NCBI GenBank assembly: GCA_900617105.1
Contig: UYFQ01000260.1
Location: 62,001 to 126,000 of the forward strand
DNA from: Hydrurus foetidus
Taxonomy: Eukaryota
Length of the DNA stretch: 64,000 bases
Direction of reading: 5' to 3'
A program made the position numbers and the translations under genes. How positions within the stretch are numbered: position 1 is the stretch's first letter; each line of letters begins with the position of its first letter. This document shows positions 11,722 through 21,233 of the stretch, piece by piece. Below the pieces are notes generated by a model. That model saw only the letters and a list, made by a program, of their open reading frames with translations. It ran no database searches and was not told the DNA's origin.

Positions 11722-13235
11722 CGGACTTTCTCGATTTCGGTCGCGGCGCAGTAGCGGGCGATAAAGGCTTCGTGGGTGGGCAGGGCCTGCGCGGTCTGGC
11801 GCACCAGGGCGGCCAGGCGCTGCATCTGGCCGCGCACAAGTTGCTCGTCCAGGGTGTCGACCAGCGGATCATAGTTTCGCGGCCGGATATTCTGGCCCAG
11901 CAGCACGGCGATCCAGGACGGCTCGGCGAACAGGTCATAGTCCGACTGGAACAGGCGGCCGCGCGCGGCGAACAGGTCGATCTTGCGCTGCAGGCTTTCG
12001 GGGATCGCCATCTCGCGAGCCCTTTGCCAGTAGGGCTCGGGACGTTCATTGGCCTTGAAGTGCAGGATGATGAAGTCGCGGATCAGCTCGGTCTGCAGGA
12101 TGGTCAGGCGGTTGTATTCGGCGATCTCGACCGGGTCGAAACCCTTGTCGGGGAACAGGGCCAGCAGCTTGGTGATCCCGGCCTGGATCATGTGGATGCT
12201 GGTGCTCTCCAGCGGCTCCAGGAAGCCCGAGGCCAGGCCGATGGCGACGCAGTTCTTGACCCAGATCTGCTTGCGCCGACCGGCCCGGAACCGGATGAAA
12301 TTGGGCTCGGCCCGGGCCGGCCCGTCCAGGGTGGCGCGCAGGCGGGCCACGGCGTCGTCATCGCTGATGTGCTGGCTGGAATAGACATAGCCATTGCCGG
12401 TGCGGTGCTGCAGCGGGATGCGCCAGCGCCAGCCGGCCGCATCCGCCGTAGCTCGGGTATAGGGCGTCAGGCCGTCGCCGCCGGTGTCGCAGGGCATGGC
12501 CACGGCGCGGTCGTTGGGCAGCCAGTGGCCCCAGTCCTCGAAGCCGGTGTCCAGCGCCTGCTCGATCAGCAGGCCCCGAAAGCCCGAGCAGTCGATGAAC
12601 AGGTCGGCCTCGATCACTGCGCCGCCGTCGGTGGTGACCGAGGTGATGAAGCCGTCCTCGCCGCGCAGGGACACATCCACGACCTTGCCCTCGCGACGGA
12701 TTACGCCGCGCTTTTCCGCGTAGTCGCGCAAGTAGCGGGCATAGAGTCCGGCGTCGAAATGGAAGGCGTATTTCAGGCTCGACAGCACCTGGCCAGGGTC
12801 CTTGCTGGGCAGCATGAACCGGCCCATCCGCGCCGCCGTGGCCGACAGATTGAAATCGTCGAGGGGCTGGGTGGAGCCCTGGCTCTGGGCCTTCAGCCAG
12901 AACTGGTGGAACTTGATGGCCTCGATATCCAGGCCAAAGCCGCCGAACGGGTGCAGGTAGCGCGAGCCCGGCGCCGTCCAGTCGACGAACTCGATGGCCA
13001 GCTTGAAACTGGCCTTTGTGGCCCGCATGAAGTCGGCCTCGTCGAGGCCCAGCATCTGGTTGAAGGTGGTGATCGGCGGGATCGTCGCCTCGCCGACCCC
13101 GACGGTCGCGATGGCGTCGCTTTCGATCAGGGTGACCTCGACGCCCTTGAGCACCTTGGCCAGGGCGGCGGCCGTCATCCAGCCGGCCGTGCCGCCGCCG
13201 ACGATCAGGACCTTGCGGACGGGATTGGTGTTCAT
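11718..13235 (-). CDS. Tryptophan halogenase family protein (3rd), intact 505 aa
   Basis: [44 protein letters not shown]. Confidence 0.95.
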   Translation of the reverse strand: MNTNPVRKVLIVGGGTAGWMTAAALAKVLKGVEVTLIESDAIATVGVGEATIPPITTFNQMLGLDEADFMRATKASFKLAIEFVDWTAPGSRYLHPFGGFGLDIEAIKFHQFWLKAQSQGSTQPLDDFNLSATAARMGRFMLPSKDPGQVLSSLKYAFHFDAGLYARYLRDYAEKRGVIRREGKVVDVSLRGEDGFITSVTTDGGAVIEADLFIDCSGFRGLLIEQALDTGFEDWGHWLPNDRAVAMPCDTGGDGLTPYTRATADAAGWRWRIPLQHRTGNGYVYSSQHISDDDAVARLRATLDGPARAEPNFIRFRAGRRKQIWVKNCVAIGLASGFLEPLESTSIHMIQAGITKLLALFPDKGFDPVEIAEYNRLTILQTELIRDFIILHFKANERPEPYWQRAREMAIPESLQRKIDLFAARGRLFQSDYDLFAEPSWIAVLLGQNIRPRNYDPLVDTLDEQLVRGQMQRLAALVRQTAQALPTHEAFIARYCAATEIEKVR

Positions 13236-14708
13236 GGGGCCACGCGGGCCAGCGCCGCCGCGTGGGTCGGCGCCCGCTCGGCCGTCTGGCGGAAGATCTG
13301 CCGCATGCGCTCCAGGGTCATGCGTGCGCGCTCCAGCGGCATCCTGTCGGCCAGCGGATCATAGCGCCCCGGCAGAACACCGTGACCGATGAAGGCGGCG
13401 ATCCAGCTGGGCTCCAGGAAGCTCTCCTCGTCATACATCACCACCCGCCCGCGGCTCTCGAACTGGGCGATCCGGTAGGCCAGCTTGTCGGGAACAGGGG
13501 CGTCGCGGCCCAGTTCCCAGATCGCGCCGTCACGCCGACCGGCGCGGCGATAGTGCAGGATGGCCATGTCGCGGACGCGTTCGAAAGTCTCCCCGCCCAG
13601 GCGGTTGTACTCCTCGGCGGCCACCGGCGCGCCGCCCGGCCGGGGAAAGAGGGCGATCAAGCGGGTGACGCCGCTCTGGATCAGATGAACATCAGCGCCG
13701 TCCACGGCCTCGACCCTGCCGGCCGCGCCGCCGATGGCCACGCAGTTGCCGACCATGGCGCGGGCCCGCCGGCCGTTGCGGATCGTCATGAACCGGGGCT
13801 CCGAGGCGCCCTCTGCGGGCAGGCCGGCCCAGGCCGCCTTCACGGCCGCCGCGTCGCTGGTCAGCTCGGCGCGATAGGTCAGGCCGCCATCCAGTCGGTC
13901 GCGCAGCGGGATCCGCCAGCGCCAGCCTTCGGCGGTCGCCTCGATCTCGGTGAGGGGCGGCGTGTCGCTCCGGACCGGCGCGGCGATCCGCACGGCGCGA
14001 TCGGCGGGCAGCAGGGTCGACCAGTCCTCGAACGGTTCGTCTCCCATCAGCAGGGCGGCAGGGCCTGTGCAGTCGACGAAGAGTTCCGCCTCGATACGCT
14101 CGCCGTCCGCCAGCACCACAGCCGCGATGTGACCGCTCTGGCCGTCGCGAACCACCTCTGCGACCTCGCCGGCGCTGGCGGCCACGCCGCCCTGCAGGGC
14201 CAGTCGCCGCAGCACGTCCACATAGAGGGCGGCGTCCAGGTGCAGGCCATAGGTCAGGGTCGAAAGCGGCGAGCGCGGATCGGGGTCGGGGCCTGCGAAC
14301 CGGCCCAGCCGCCCGATGACGGCGGCCAGGCTGTAGTCGTCCAGCGGCGTGGCGTCGCCGGCCAGGCGAAGGCGGCTCCAGTAGTGGTGGAAGCCTACGC
14401 CCTCCAGACTGGCCCCGATCTCGCCGAAGGCGTCGCAGAAGCTGACGTCGGGCGTCCAGCCGCTGAACCGCGAGCCCAGCCTGTAGGTCGCCAGGGTGGC
14501 GGCCATCAGCGCCGTCTCGTCCAGGCCCAGCAGGGTGTGGAACGATCGCAGCGAGGGCAGGGTGGAGAGCGCGCCGGTCACGTCGGGTCCGGTCTCGACG
14601 ACACGGATCGCGGCCTGGCCACCGGTGGCGCGGGCCAGACCGGCAGCCGTCATCAGGCCTCGACCCGCCGCCGATGATGGCGACCCGGCCCAGGGGAGGG
14701 GCGCTCAT
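13232..14708 (-). CDS. Divergent tryptophan-halogenase-like protein (2nd) with altered catalytic motifs; frameshift near 14660
   Basis: [20 protein letters not shown] kept; ATYRLG replaces ATx[11 protein letters not shown] replaces GFLEPLES. Confidence 0.85.
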
Positions 14709-16216
14709 GCCGCCCCCGCGCGTCGCAGAGATCTCTCGATAAACGCTTGGTGTCCCGGCATGGACTCGGCCGTGCGCCGCACCGCCGCCTTCAGTTCGGC
14801 CAGCTTGCGGGCGGCCTCGCCGGATCGACGGCGTCGGCCATCGGGTCATAGCCGCGCGGCAGGATGTTCTGGCCCAGATAGACGGCCAGCCAGGAGGGCT
14901 CCAGGAAGAAGCCGTCGCGATACTTCACCACCATGCCCCGATCGCGGAACAGCTCCATCTTGTAGGCCACGCTGTCGGGGATGGGCGCGGCGGCCTTGTC
15001 GCGCCAGAAGGCGGAGTCGTCGCGCTGGGTGGCGTGATAGTGCAGCACCAGGAAGTCGCGGATGCGCTCGAACTCCAGGTCCATGACGCGGTTGTACTCG
15101 TCCTGGTCGGCGCCGCCGCGCTCGGGGAACAGTTCCAGCAGGGTGGAGATGGCCACCTGGATCAGGTGGATGCTGGTGCTTTCCAGCGGCTCCAGGAAGC
15201 CGGAGGCCAGGCCGATGGCCACGACGTTCCGGTTCCACTGCTTCTTGCGGCGGCCTGTGACGAACCGCAGGAAGCGCGGGTCCTGCTGAGCCTTGCCGTC
15301 CAGCTTGGAGACCAGCACCCGGGCCGCCTCGTCGTCGCTGATATAGCTGCTGCAATAGACATAGCCGTTGCCCACCCGGTGCTGCAGGGGGATCCGCCAC
15401 CGCCAGCCGGCCTCGTCGCTGGTGGCGCGGGTATAGGGCGTGGGCGGCTCCACCGCGTCGCAGGGCACGGCCGCCGCCCGGTCGCAGGGCAGCCAGTGGG
15501 TCCAGTCCTCATAACCGGTCTTCAGGGCCTGCTCGATCAGCAGGCCCCGGAAGCCGGAGCAGTCGATGAACAGGTCGCCCTCGATCCGCTGGCCGCTTTC
15601 CAGGGTCACGGCCTCGACAAAGCCGTCCTCGCCGCGCAGCGCGACATCCAGGATCTTGCCCTCGATGCGCCGGACGCCCGGGCCTCGGAATAGGCCCGCA
15701 GGTACTGGGCGTAGAGCGCATCGAACTGGTAGGCGTAGGAAAGGTCGAGCCCAGCGAGCGCTGATCAGAGGAGGGGGGCGCGAACCGGTTCAGCCGGGCG
15801 GCCACGATCGGCAGGCTGTAGGCCTCGATGCCGTCGGCCTCGCCCCGAGCCCTGGCCCGCAACCAATGCTGGTGGAAAGCCACCCCGCCGATGCCCTGAC
15901 CAAAGCCGCCGAAGGGGTGAATATAGCTCTCGCCCTTCCGGCCCCAGTCGCGAAACTCGATGCCCAGCTTGTAGGTGGCCTGGGTCTTGCGCATGAAGTC
16001 GGCCTCGTCGAGGCCCAGCTTGGCATTGAAATTCCGGATGTGTGGCACGGTTGCCTCACCCACGCCGACCGTACCGATCTCGGCCGATTCAACCAGGTCG
16101 ATGGTGACGCGCGAATCGCCCAGCACCGCGCTGAGCCCGGCGGCCGTCATCCAGCCAGCGGTGCCGCCGCCGACGATGACGATTTTTCGGATACCATTGT
16201 TCCCGGTGTCATCCAT
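14705..16216 (-). CDS. Tryptophan halogenase family protein (1st), frameshifted
   Basis: [51 protein letters not shown]. Confidence 0.92.
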
Positions 16217-16290
16217 CGCGCTGCTTCCTCCGCCTCCCATTCGTCCCATGGCCCTTTCTGACAGAACGGCCTTTGAGACAAACTGTAAAT

Positions 16291-16304
16291 TGACAACGCT
16301 GTCT
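16291..16304. promoter_or_regulatory. Possible LacI-family operator upstream of the halogenase operon
   Basis: TGACAACGCTGTCT, imperfect palindrome with central CG. Confidence 0.45.
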
Positions 16305-16350
16305 TTGGTTGTCATCGTCTTGTTATCCGGACGCCAAGTTCCGGTTCGGG

Positions 16351-16361
16351 TGGTCAAACCA
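16351..16361. promoter_or_regulatory. Possible GntR/FadR-type operator
   Basis: TGGTCAAACCA fits TGGT-N3-ACCA. Confidence 0.4.
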
Positions 16362-16548
16362 TCGGGGGGAAACCGTAGGTAGAAAAGGCCTTGGGTGCGA
16401 CTGTCGTGCAGGCGACAAGCCCTTGAAGCCCTTCGTTCCAGGTATCTCCCCTTTGCACAGCTACGTGAGCCGGGTCTGAGTGGCAACGCTTGACAGCCGG
16501 TGATCTGTCATATGATCTGACCAATAATGGTCACGGTAACATGACCAA

Positions 16549-16562
16549 TGGTAGCGCTAACG
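16549..16562. promoter_or_regulatory. XylR-type operator upstream of TBDR-GH10-GH43
   Basis: TGGTAGCGCTAACG; its reverse complement is 1 nt from the recalled Caulobacter xylose operator TGTTAGCGCTACCA. Confidence 0.75.
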
Positions 16563-16594
16563 TCGCGCTATCCAAAAAAGGGGAGGTGAGACAC

Positions 16595-19500
16595 ATGGGC
16601 TCTTTTCAGAGGCCGTCCGCGCAGCGCGGGCAAAATTCATTCATGTCGGGTCTGAAATGCGGCGTATCCGCTGTGGCGCTCGGCGCGGCGATCTTCGCCG
16701 GGCCTGCGTTCGCCCAGACCAAGACCGATGACGCCGTCGCCGTTGACGAGGTCGTGGTCACCAGTATCCGCCAGAGCCTGAAGAGCTCGCAGGCGCTGAA
16801 GCAGTCGTCCGAGATCATCGGCGACTCGATCACCGCCGAAGACATCGGCGCCTTGCCGGACCGCTCGGTCACCGAGGCCCTGCAGCGCGTGCCCGGCGTG
16901 TCGATCAACCGCTTCGCCGCCGGCGTCGATCCGGACCACTTCTCGGTCGAAGGGTCGGGCGTCGTGGTGCGCGGTCTGAACTTCGTGCGCTCCGAGCTGA
17001 ACGGCCGCGACACCTTCTCGGCCAATAACGGCCGCATCCTCAGCTTCGCCGACGTTCCCTCGGAACTGATGGGCGGCGTCGACGTGTTCAAGAGCCCTTC
17101 GGCCGACATGATCGAGGGCGGCATCTCGGGCACCGTCAACCTGCGCACGCGCCTGCCGTTCGACAGCAAGAAGCGCCTGCTCTCGCTGTCGGCCGAGGCC
17201 AGCTATGGCGACATGGTCAAGTCGTGGAAGCCGACCTATTCCTTCCTCTACAGCGACCGGTTCGACACCAATGTCGGCGAATTCGGCCTGCTGCTGAGCT
17301 ACGTCAATTCCGAACTGTCGACCCGCAGTGACGCCATCCAGGCGTCGAACTTCGGCTGCCGCACCAATCTGGGCGTGGCCAGCAGCAATTGCGGCAATGG
17401 CACCAAGGGCGTGTGGTTCCCGCGCGGCGCGGCGTTCCGCTCCACCACCACCGAACGCGAGCGCCAGGGCGCTGGGGCGGCGGTGCAGTGGAAGAGCACC
17501 GACGGCACCATGGAAGCGGCCTTCCAGTACCTGCGTTCAGAGTCGAATTCGGCCTGGACCGAGCACGCGGTGGAAATCGCCACCGACAACGTGACCAGCA
17601 ATGGCGACTCGCGCGCTGTCGCCGGCACGACCTTCAGCTTTGACGACCGCGGCGTGTTCACCAACGGCGCCATCACCGGCTCCAACGGCTGGCGTTCGGA
17701 CCAGTTCTCCGATCCGCGCACCCCGACCGACGGCCTGCAGTCGAACAACATCCGCCGCGACGTTGATCAGACCTATCTGACCAGCGACTACGGCTTCAAT
17801 TTCAAATGGACCCCGAACGAAAAGTGGGGCTTCCAGTTCGACGCCCAGCACGTTGACTCCAAGGTCGACAATATCGATGTCGGCATCTGGACCTCGACCT
17901 TCCAGAACGCCGCCATCACCCTGAACGGCAACGATCTGCCGACGGTGGCCTTCTCGCTGCCGGGCAACGGCCTGACCCCGTCGAACTGTCTGCCGATCAA
18001 CAACAACTGCCCGTCCTATGGCCGCGGCGCCCATGCCAATCTGAGCGACCCCTACAACCACTTCTGGCGCTCGGCGATGGACCACATCGAGCAGTCCGAA
18101 GGCACCGAGGACTCGCTGAAGGTCGACGTCGAATACAAGTTCAACGACGACACCTGGTTTGACTCGGTCAAGGCCGGCGTGCGCTGGGCCGAACGCGACC
18201 AGACCACGCGCTTCTCGACCTATAACTGGGGCGTGCTCAGCGAAATCTGGGGCAATAACGGCCCGGTCTGGCTCGACGACAAGGTCGACGGCATTGTCGA
18301 CAGCAACCCGCTCGGCGGGGCCGGTTCGACCACCGTCGGCGCAACCGAGCTGTGGGGCTTCCCCAACTTCATGCGCGGCCAGACCCCGCTGCCGACCGGA
18401 ACCGACGCGCGTCTGTTCTATGCGGGCAATGCGGCGATTGACTACAAGACCATGTCCGACTTCGCCCTGCTGGTGGGTGACGAATGGCAACCGCGCAACG
18501 GCGCCAATGGCTGCCCGCAGCACTGGGTGCCCCTGGCCAAGCGCTGTAACACCATCGCCGGCTCGCCCTTCCTTCCGCAGGAAATCAACCCGGTCAACGA
18601 GGTCAACAAGGCCGCCTATGTGGTCACGCGCTTCAAGGGCGACGTTGGCGCGGCTCGGGTCAGCGGCAATGTCGGCCTGCGCTACACCTCGACCACCCGC
18701 GAGGCCGAAGGCTTCCTGGCGTTCCCCAACAGCAACTTCACGACGGATGCCCAGTGCGCCATCGTGCCGGTGGGCCAGGCTCCCACCCCGTTCTGCCAAC
18801 TGGCGCCGTCGGTTCGTGCTGCGGCGCGGTCCTGGGCCAATGGCGCTGTGACCCCGACCACGGCCAGCAAGGACTTCAACTACTGGCTGCCCAGCTTCAA
18901 TGTGAAGGTGGTCATGCCCAATGGTCTTCAGTACCGCCTCGGTGCGTCCAAGACCCTGGCTCCGCCAGATATCGGCCTGACCCGCAACTATTATAACCTG
19001 TCGCTGAACACCAATGCCGACGGCATTTCCAACGGCCGGCCCAGCGGCAATGTCACGGTCGGCAATCCCTATCTGAAGCCCACCCAGTCGACCAATCTGG
19101 ACGCTTCGGTGGAATGGTACTTCGCCTCGGTCGGCTCGCTGACCTTCGCGGCCTTCTACAAGGAACTGACCGACGTCGCGACCAACACGACCACGCGCGT
19201 GCCGTTCACCAACAATGGCGCGACCTTCGATGTCGTGACGACCACGCCGGGCAATTCCGACAAGAAGGCCAAGGTCAAGGGCTTCGAGATCGGCTACCAG
19301 CAGTTCTACGACTTCCTGCCCAAGCCGCTGGACGGGTTCGGCATCAACGCCAACTACTCGTACATCGAGAGCAATGGCGTGCCGCAAAGCACGCTGTCGG
19401 CGACCGATCCCGACGTGGCGGCCGGCCGTGTGACCACGGTCGACACCAGCCTCCTGCCGCTGCAGGGCCTGTCCAAGCACAACGCCAACTTTGCGGCCAT

Positions 19501-19798
19501 CTATGAGAAGGGTCCGATCTCCGCCCGTCTGGCCTATAACTGGCGCTCGGACTTCCTGCTGACCGTCCGCGACGTGATCGTGCCCTATGCGCCGATCATG
19601 AACGAGGCGACCGGCCAGCTGGACGGCTCGTTGTTCTACACCGTCAATCCGAAGATGAAGATTGGCGTCCAGGGCGTGAACCTGCTGAACGAAGTCACCA
19701 TGACCAGCCAGGTGCTGAACAACGACCTGCTCAAGACCGGCCGTTCCTGGTTCATGAACGACCGTCGCTACACCTTCGTGGTGCGCGCGAGCTTCTAG
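16595..19798 (+). CDS. TonB-dependent receptor, intact; probable xylo-oligosaccharide importer
   Basis: SD GGGAGG before ATG 16595; VDEVVVT TonB box, EALQRVPGV plug, C-terminal RRYTFVVRASF. Confidence 0.95.
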   Translation: MGSFQRPSAQRGQNSFMSGLKCGVSAVALGAAIFAGPAFAQTKTDDAVAVDEVVVTSIRQSLKSSQALKQSSEIIGDSITAEDIGALPDRSVTEALQRVPGVSINRFAAGVDPDHFSVEGSGVVVRGLNFVRSELNGRDTFSANNGRILSFADVPSELMGGVDVFKSPSADMIEGGISGTVNLRTRLPFDSKKRLLSLSAEASYGDMVKSWKPTYSFLYSDRFDTNVGEFGLLLSYVNSELSTRSDAIQASNFGCRTNLGVASSNCGNGTKGVWFPRGAAFRSTTTERERQGAGAAVQWKSTDGTMEAAFQYLRSESNSAWTEHAVEIATDNVTSNGDSRAVAGTTFSFDDRGVFTNGAITGSNGWRSDQFSDPRTPTDGLQSNNIRRDVDQTYLTSDYGFNFKWTPNEKWGFQFDAQHVDSKVDNIDVGIWTSTFQNAAITLNGNDLPTVAFSLPGNGLTPSNCLPINNNCPSYGRGAHANLSDPYNHFWRSAMDHIEQSEGTEDSLKVDVEYKFNDDTWFDSVKAGVRWAERDQTTRFSTYNWGVLSEIWGNNGPVWLDDKVDGIVDSNPLGGAGSTTVGATELWGFPNFMRGQTPLPTGTDARLFYAGNAAIDYKTMSDFALLVGDEWQPRNGANGCPQHWVPLAKRCNTIAGSPFLPQEINPVNEVNKAAYVVTRFKGDVGAARVSGNVGLRYTSTTREAEGFLAFPNSNFTTDAQCAIVPVGQAPTPFCQLAPSVRAAARSWANGAVTPTTASKDFNYWLPSFNVKVVMPNGLQYRLGASKTLAPPDIGLTRNYYNLSLNTNADGISNGRPSGNVTVGNPYLKPTQSTNLDASVEWYFASVGSLTFAAFYKELTDVATNTTTRVPFTNNGATFDVVTTTPGNSDKKAKVKGFEIGYQQFYDFLPKPLDGFGINANYSYIESNGVPQSTLSATDPDVAAGRVTTVDTSLLPLQGLSKHNANFAAIYEKGPISARLAYNWRSDFLLTVRDVIVPYAPIMNEATGQLDGSLFYTVNPKMKIGVQGVNLLNEVTMTSQVLNNDLLKTGRSWFMNDRRYTFVVRASF

Positions 19799-19898
19799 GT
19801 TTCGGGAACCGCGCCGGTCCGGTCTCCCCCGGGCCGGCGCGACTTTCGAAAACGGGCTCCGCCTTTGGAGCCCTGGCACTCCCACAGTTCCACTTTTC

Positions 19899-19931
19899 CG
19901 CGCATCGTCTCCGGCGGTGCGCGTTTTTTTT
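19899..19931 (+). terminator. Intrinsic terminator/attenuator between the TBDR and GH10
   Basis: CGCGCATCGTC/GGCGGTGCGCG stem followed by T8. Confidence 0.8.
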
Positions 19932-19944
19932 GAAGGCTCAGGCG

Positions 19945-21096
19945 ATGCGTTCGTTTCCCACGGTCCTGTCCCGTCGCACGGCCCTCGGTCTGGGCGTCGC
20001 CGCCGGCGCGATGACGGCTCTGCCGGCCCTGGCCGCGCCGACGCCTTCGCTGGCCAGTCTCGCCCGTGACAAGGGCCTGATCTTCGGCAGCGCCGTCGGC
20101 GCCGGCCCCGTCGGATCGCTCACCGGCTCGTTCGAGGACGCTCGCCTGCGCCAGATCCTCAAGGACGAGTGCGGCGTGCTGGTCCCCGAGAACGAGCTGA
20201 AGTGGTACGTGATCCGCGCCGCCGGCCCGCAGGCCTTCGACTTCTCGCGCGCCGACCGCATCGCCGACTTCGCCAGGGCCAACGGCCAGGCCCTGCGCGG
20301 CCACACCCTGCTGTGGCACCACCCGCAGTGGTTCCCGGCCTGGATCAAGACCCACGACTTCGGCCCCCAGCCCAAGATCGCCGCCGAGGCCATGCTGACC
20401 GAGCATATCCAGAAGCTGTGCCAGCACTATCCGCAGATGATCTCGTGGGATGTGGTCAACGAGACCGTCGATCCGGCCGACGGCTCGGTTCGCAACACAG
20501 TCTTTTCCGACATCCTGGGCCGCGAACAGACCCTGGACCTGGCCTTCCACACCGCCCGCGCCGCCGCGCCCAAGGCTCGCCTCGTTTATAACGACTATAT
20601 GAGCTGGGAGGTCGGCAACGAGAAGCACCGCTACGGCGTGCTCAAGCTGCTGGAAGGGTTCCGCAAGCGCGGCACGCCGATCGACGCCCTGGGCGTCCAG
20701 GCCCATATCGGCGCCGAGAACGCCGACAGCTTCACCGGTTTCGGCAAGCCGCAGGAGCAGGAATGGCGCGCCTTCCTCGATGAGGCCACAGGCATGGGCT
20801 ATGATCTGCTGATCACCGAGTTCGATGTCCACGACAAGGGTCTGATCCTGGACTTCGGCCCCCGCGATGCGGCGGTGGCGTCCTATGCCAAGGGCTATCT
20901 CGACCTGATGCTGTCCTATCGTCAGACCAAGGAGGTTCTGGCCTGGGGCATGGTCGACAAATATTCCTGGCTGCAGAACCAGTGGCTGCGCGAGGACAAG
21001 AAGCCCAAGCGCCCGACGCTGTACGACGACAACTATCAGGCCAAGCCCCTGCGCGAGGCCGTTGCGGCGGCGCTGAAGGCGGCGCCGGCGCGATAG
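19945..21096 (+). CDS. Endo-1,4-beta-xylanase (GH10) with Tat signal
   Basis: SRRTAL twin-arginine motif; PENELKW, RGHTLLWH, WDVVNE, YNDY, ITEFD. Confidence 0.95.
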   Translation: MRSFPTVLSRRTALGLGVAAGAMTALPALAAPTPSLASLARDKGLIFGSAVGAGPVGSLTGSFEDARLRQILKDECGVLVPENELKWYVIRAAGPQAFDFSRADRIADFARANGQALRGHTLLWHHPQWFPAWIKTHDFGPQPKIAAEAMLTEHIQKLCQHYPQMISWDVVNETVDPADGSVRNTVFSDILGREQTLDLAFHTARAAAPKARLVYNDYMSWEVGNEKHRYGVLKLLEGFRKRGTPIDALGVQAHIGAENADSFTGFGKPQEQEWRAFLDEATGMGYDLLITEFDVHDKGLILDFGPRDAAVASYAKGYLDLMLSYRQTKEVLAWGMVDKYSWLQNQWLREDKKPKRPTLYDDNYQAKPLREAVAAALKAAPAR

Positions 21097-21107
21097 AGGC
21101 CAACGCT

Positions 21108-21210
21108 GCAGGCCCCCTCCTGACCGCTATCGCGGTCGTCCTCCCCCGGAGGGGGAAGACGCTCTCATCTTCCCCCTCCGGGGGAGGAGCGCGCAGCGCG
21201 GAGGGGGCAA
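21108..21210. repeat. Palindromic intergenic repeat, family B
   Basis: CTCCCCCGGAGGGGGAAGA arms; near-identical reverse complement of 49496-49597. Confidence 0.9.
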
Positions 21211-21233
21211 GTGACAACTCGTGGAGCTCTTCA

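Noticed and set aside
16490..16594. Upstream TTG start for TBDR2 (similar extensions for GH43, selU, selD, capsid, ccmE)
   Set aside because: Downstream starts fit SD sequences, signal peptides or family N-termini better; the extensions run through operators, repeats or neighbouring genes
17537..19885. Long antisense ORFs (also 37133-39592, 44747-46627, 61825-63717, 11772-13364)
   Set aside because: Shadow ORFs of high-GC coding strands; only the ble segment within 44747-45109 has real protein motifs
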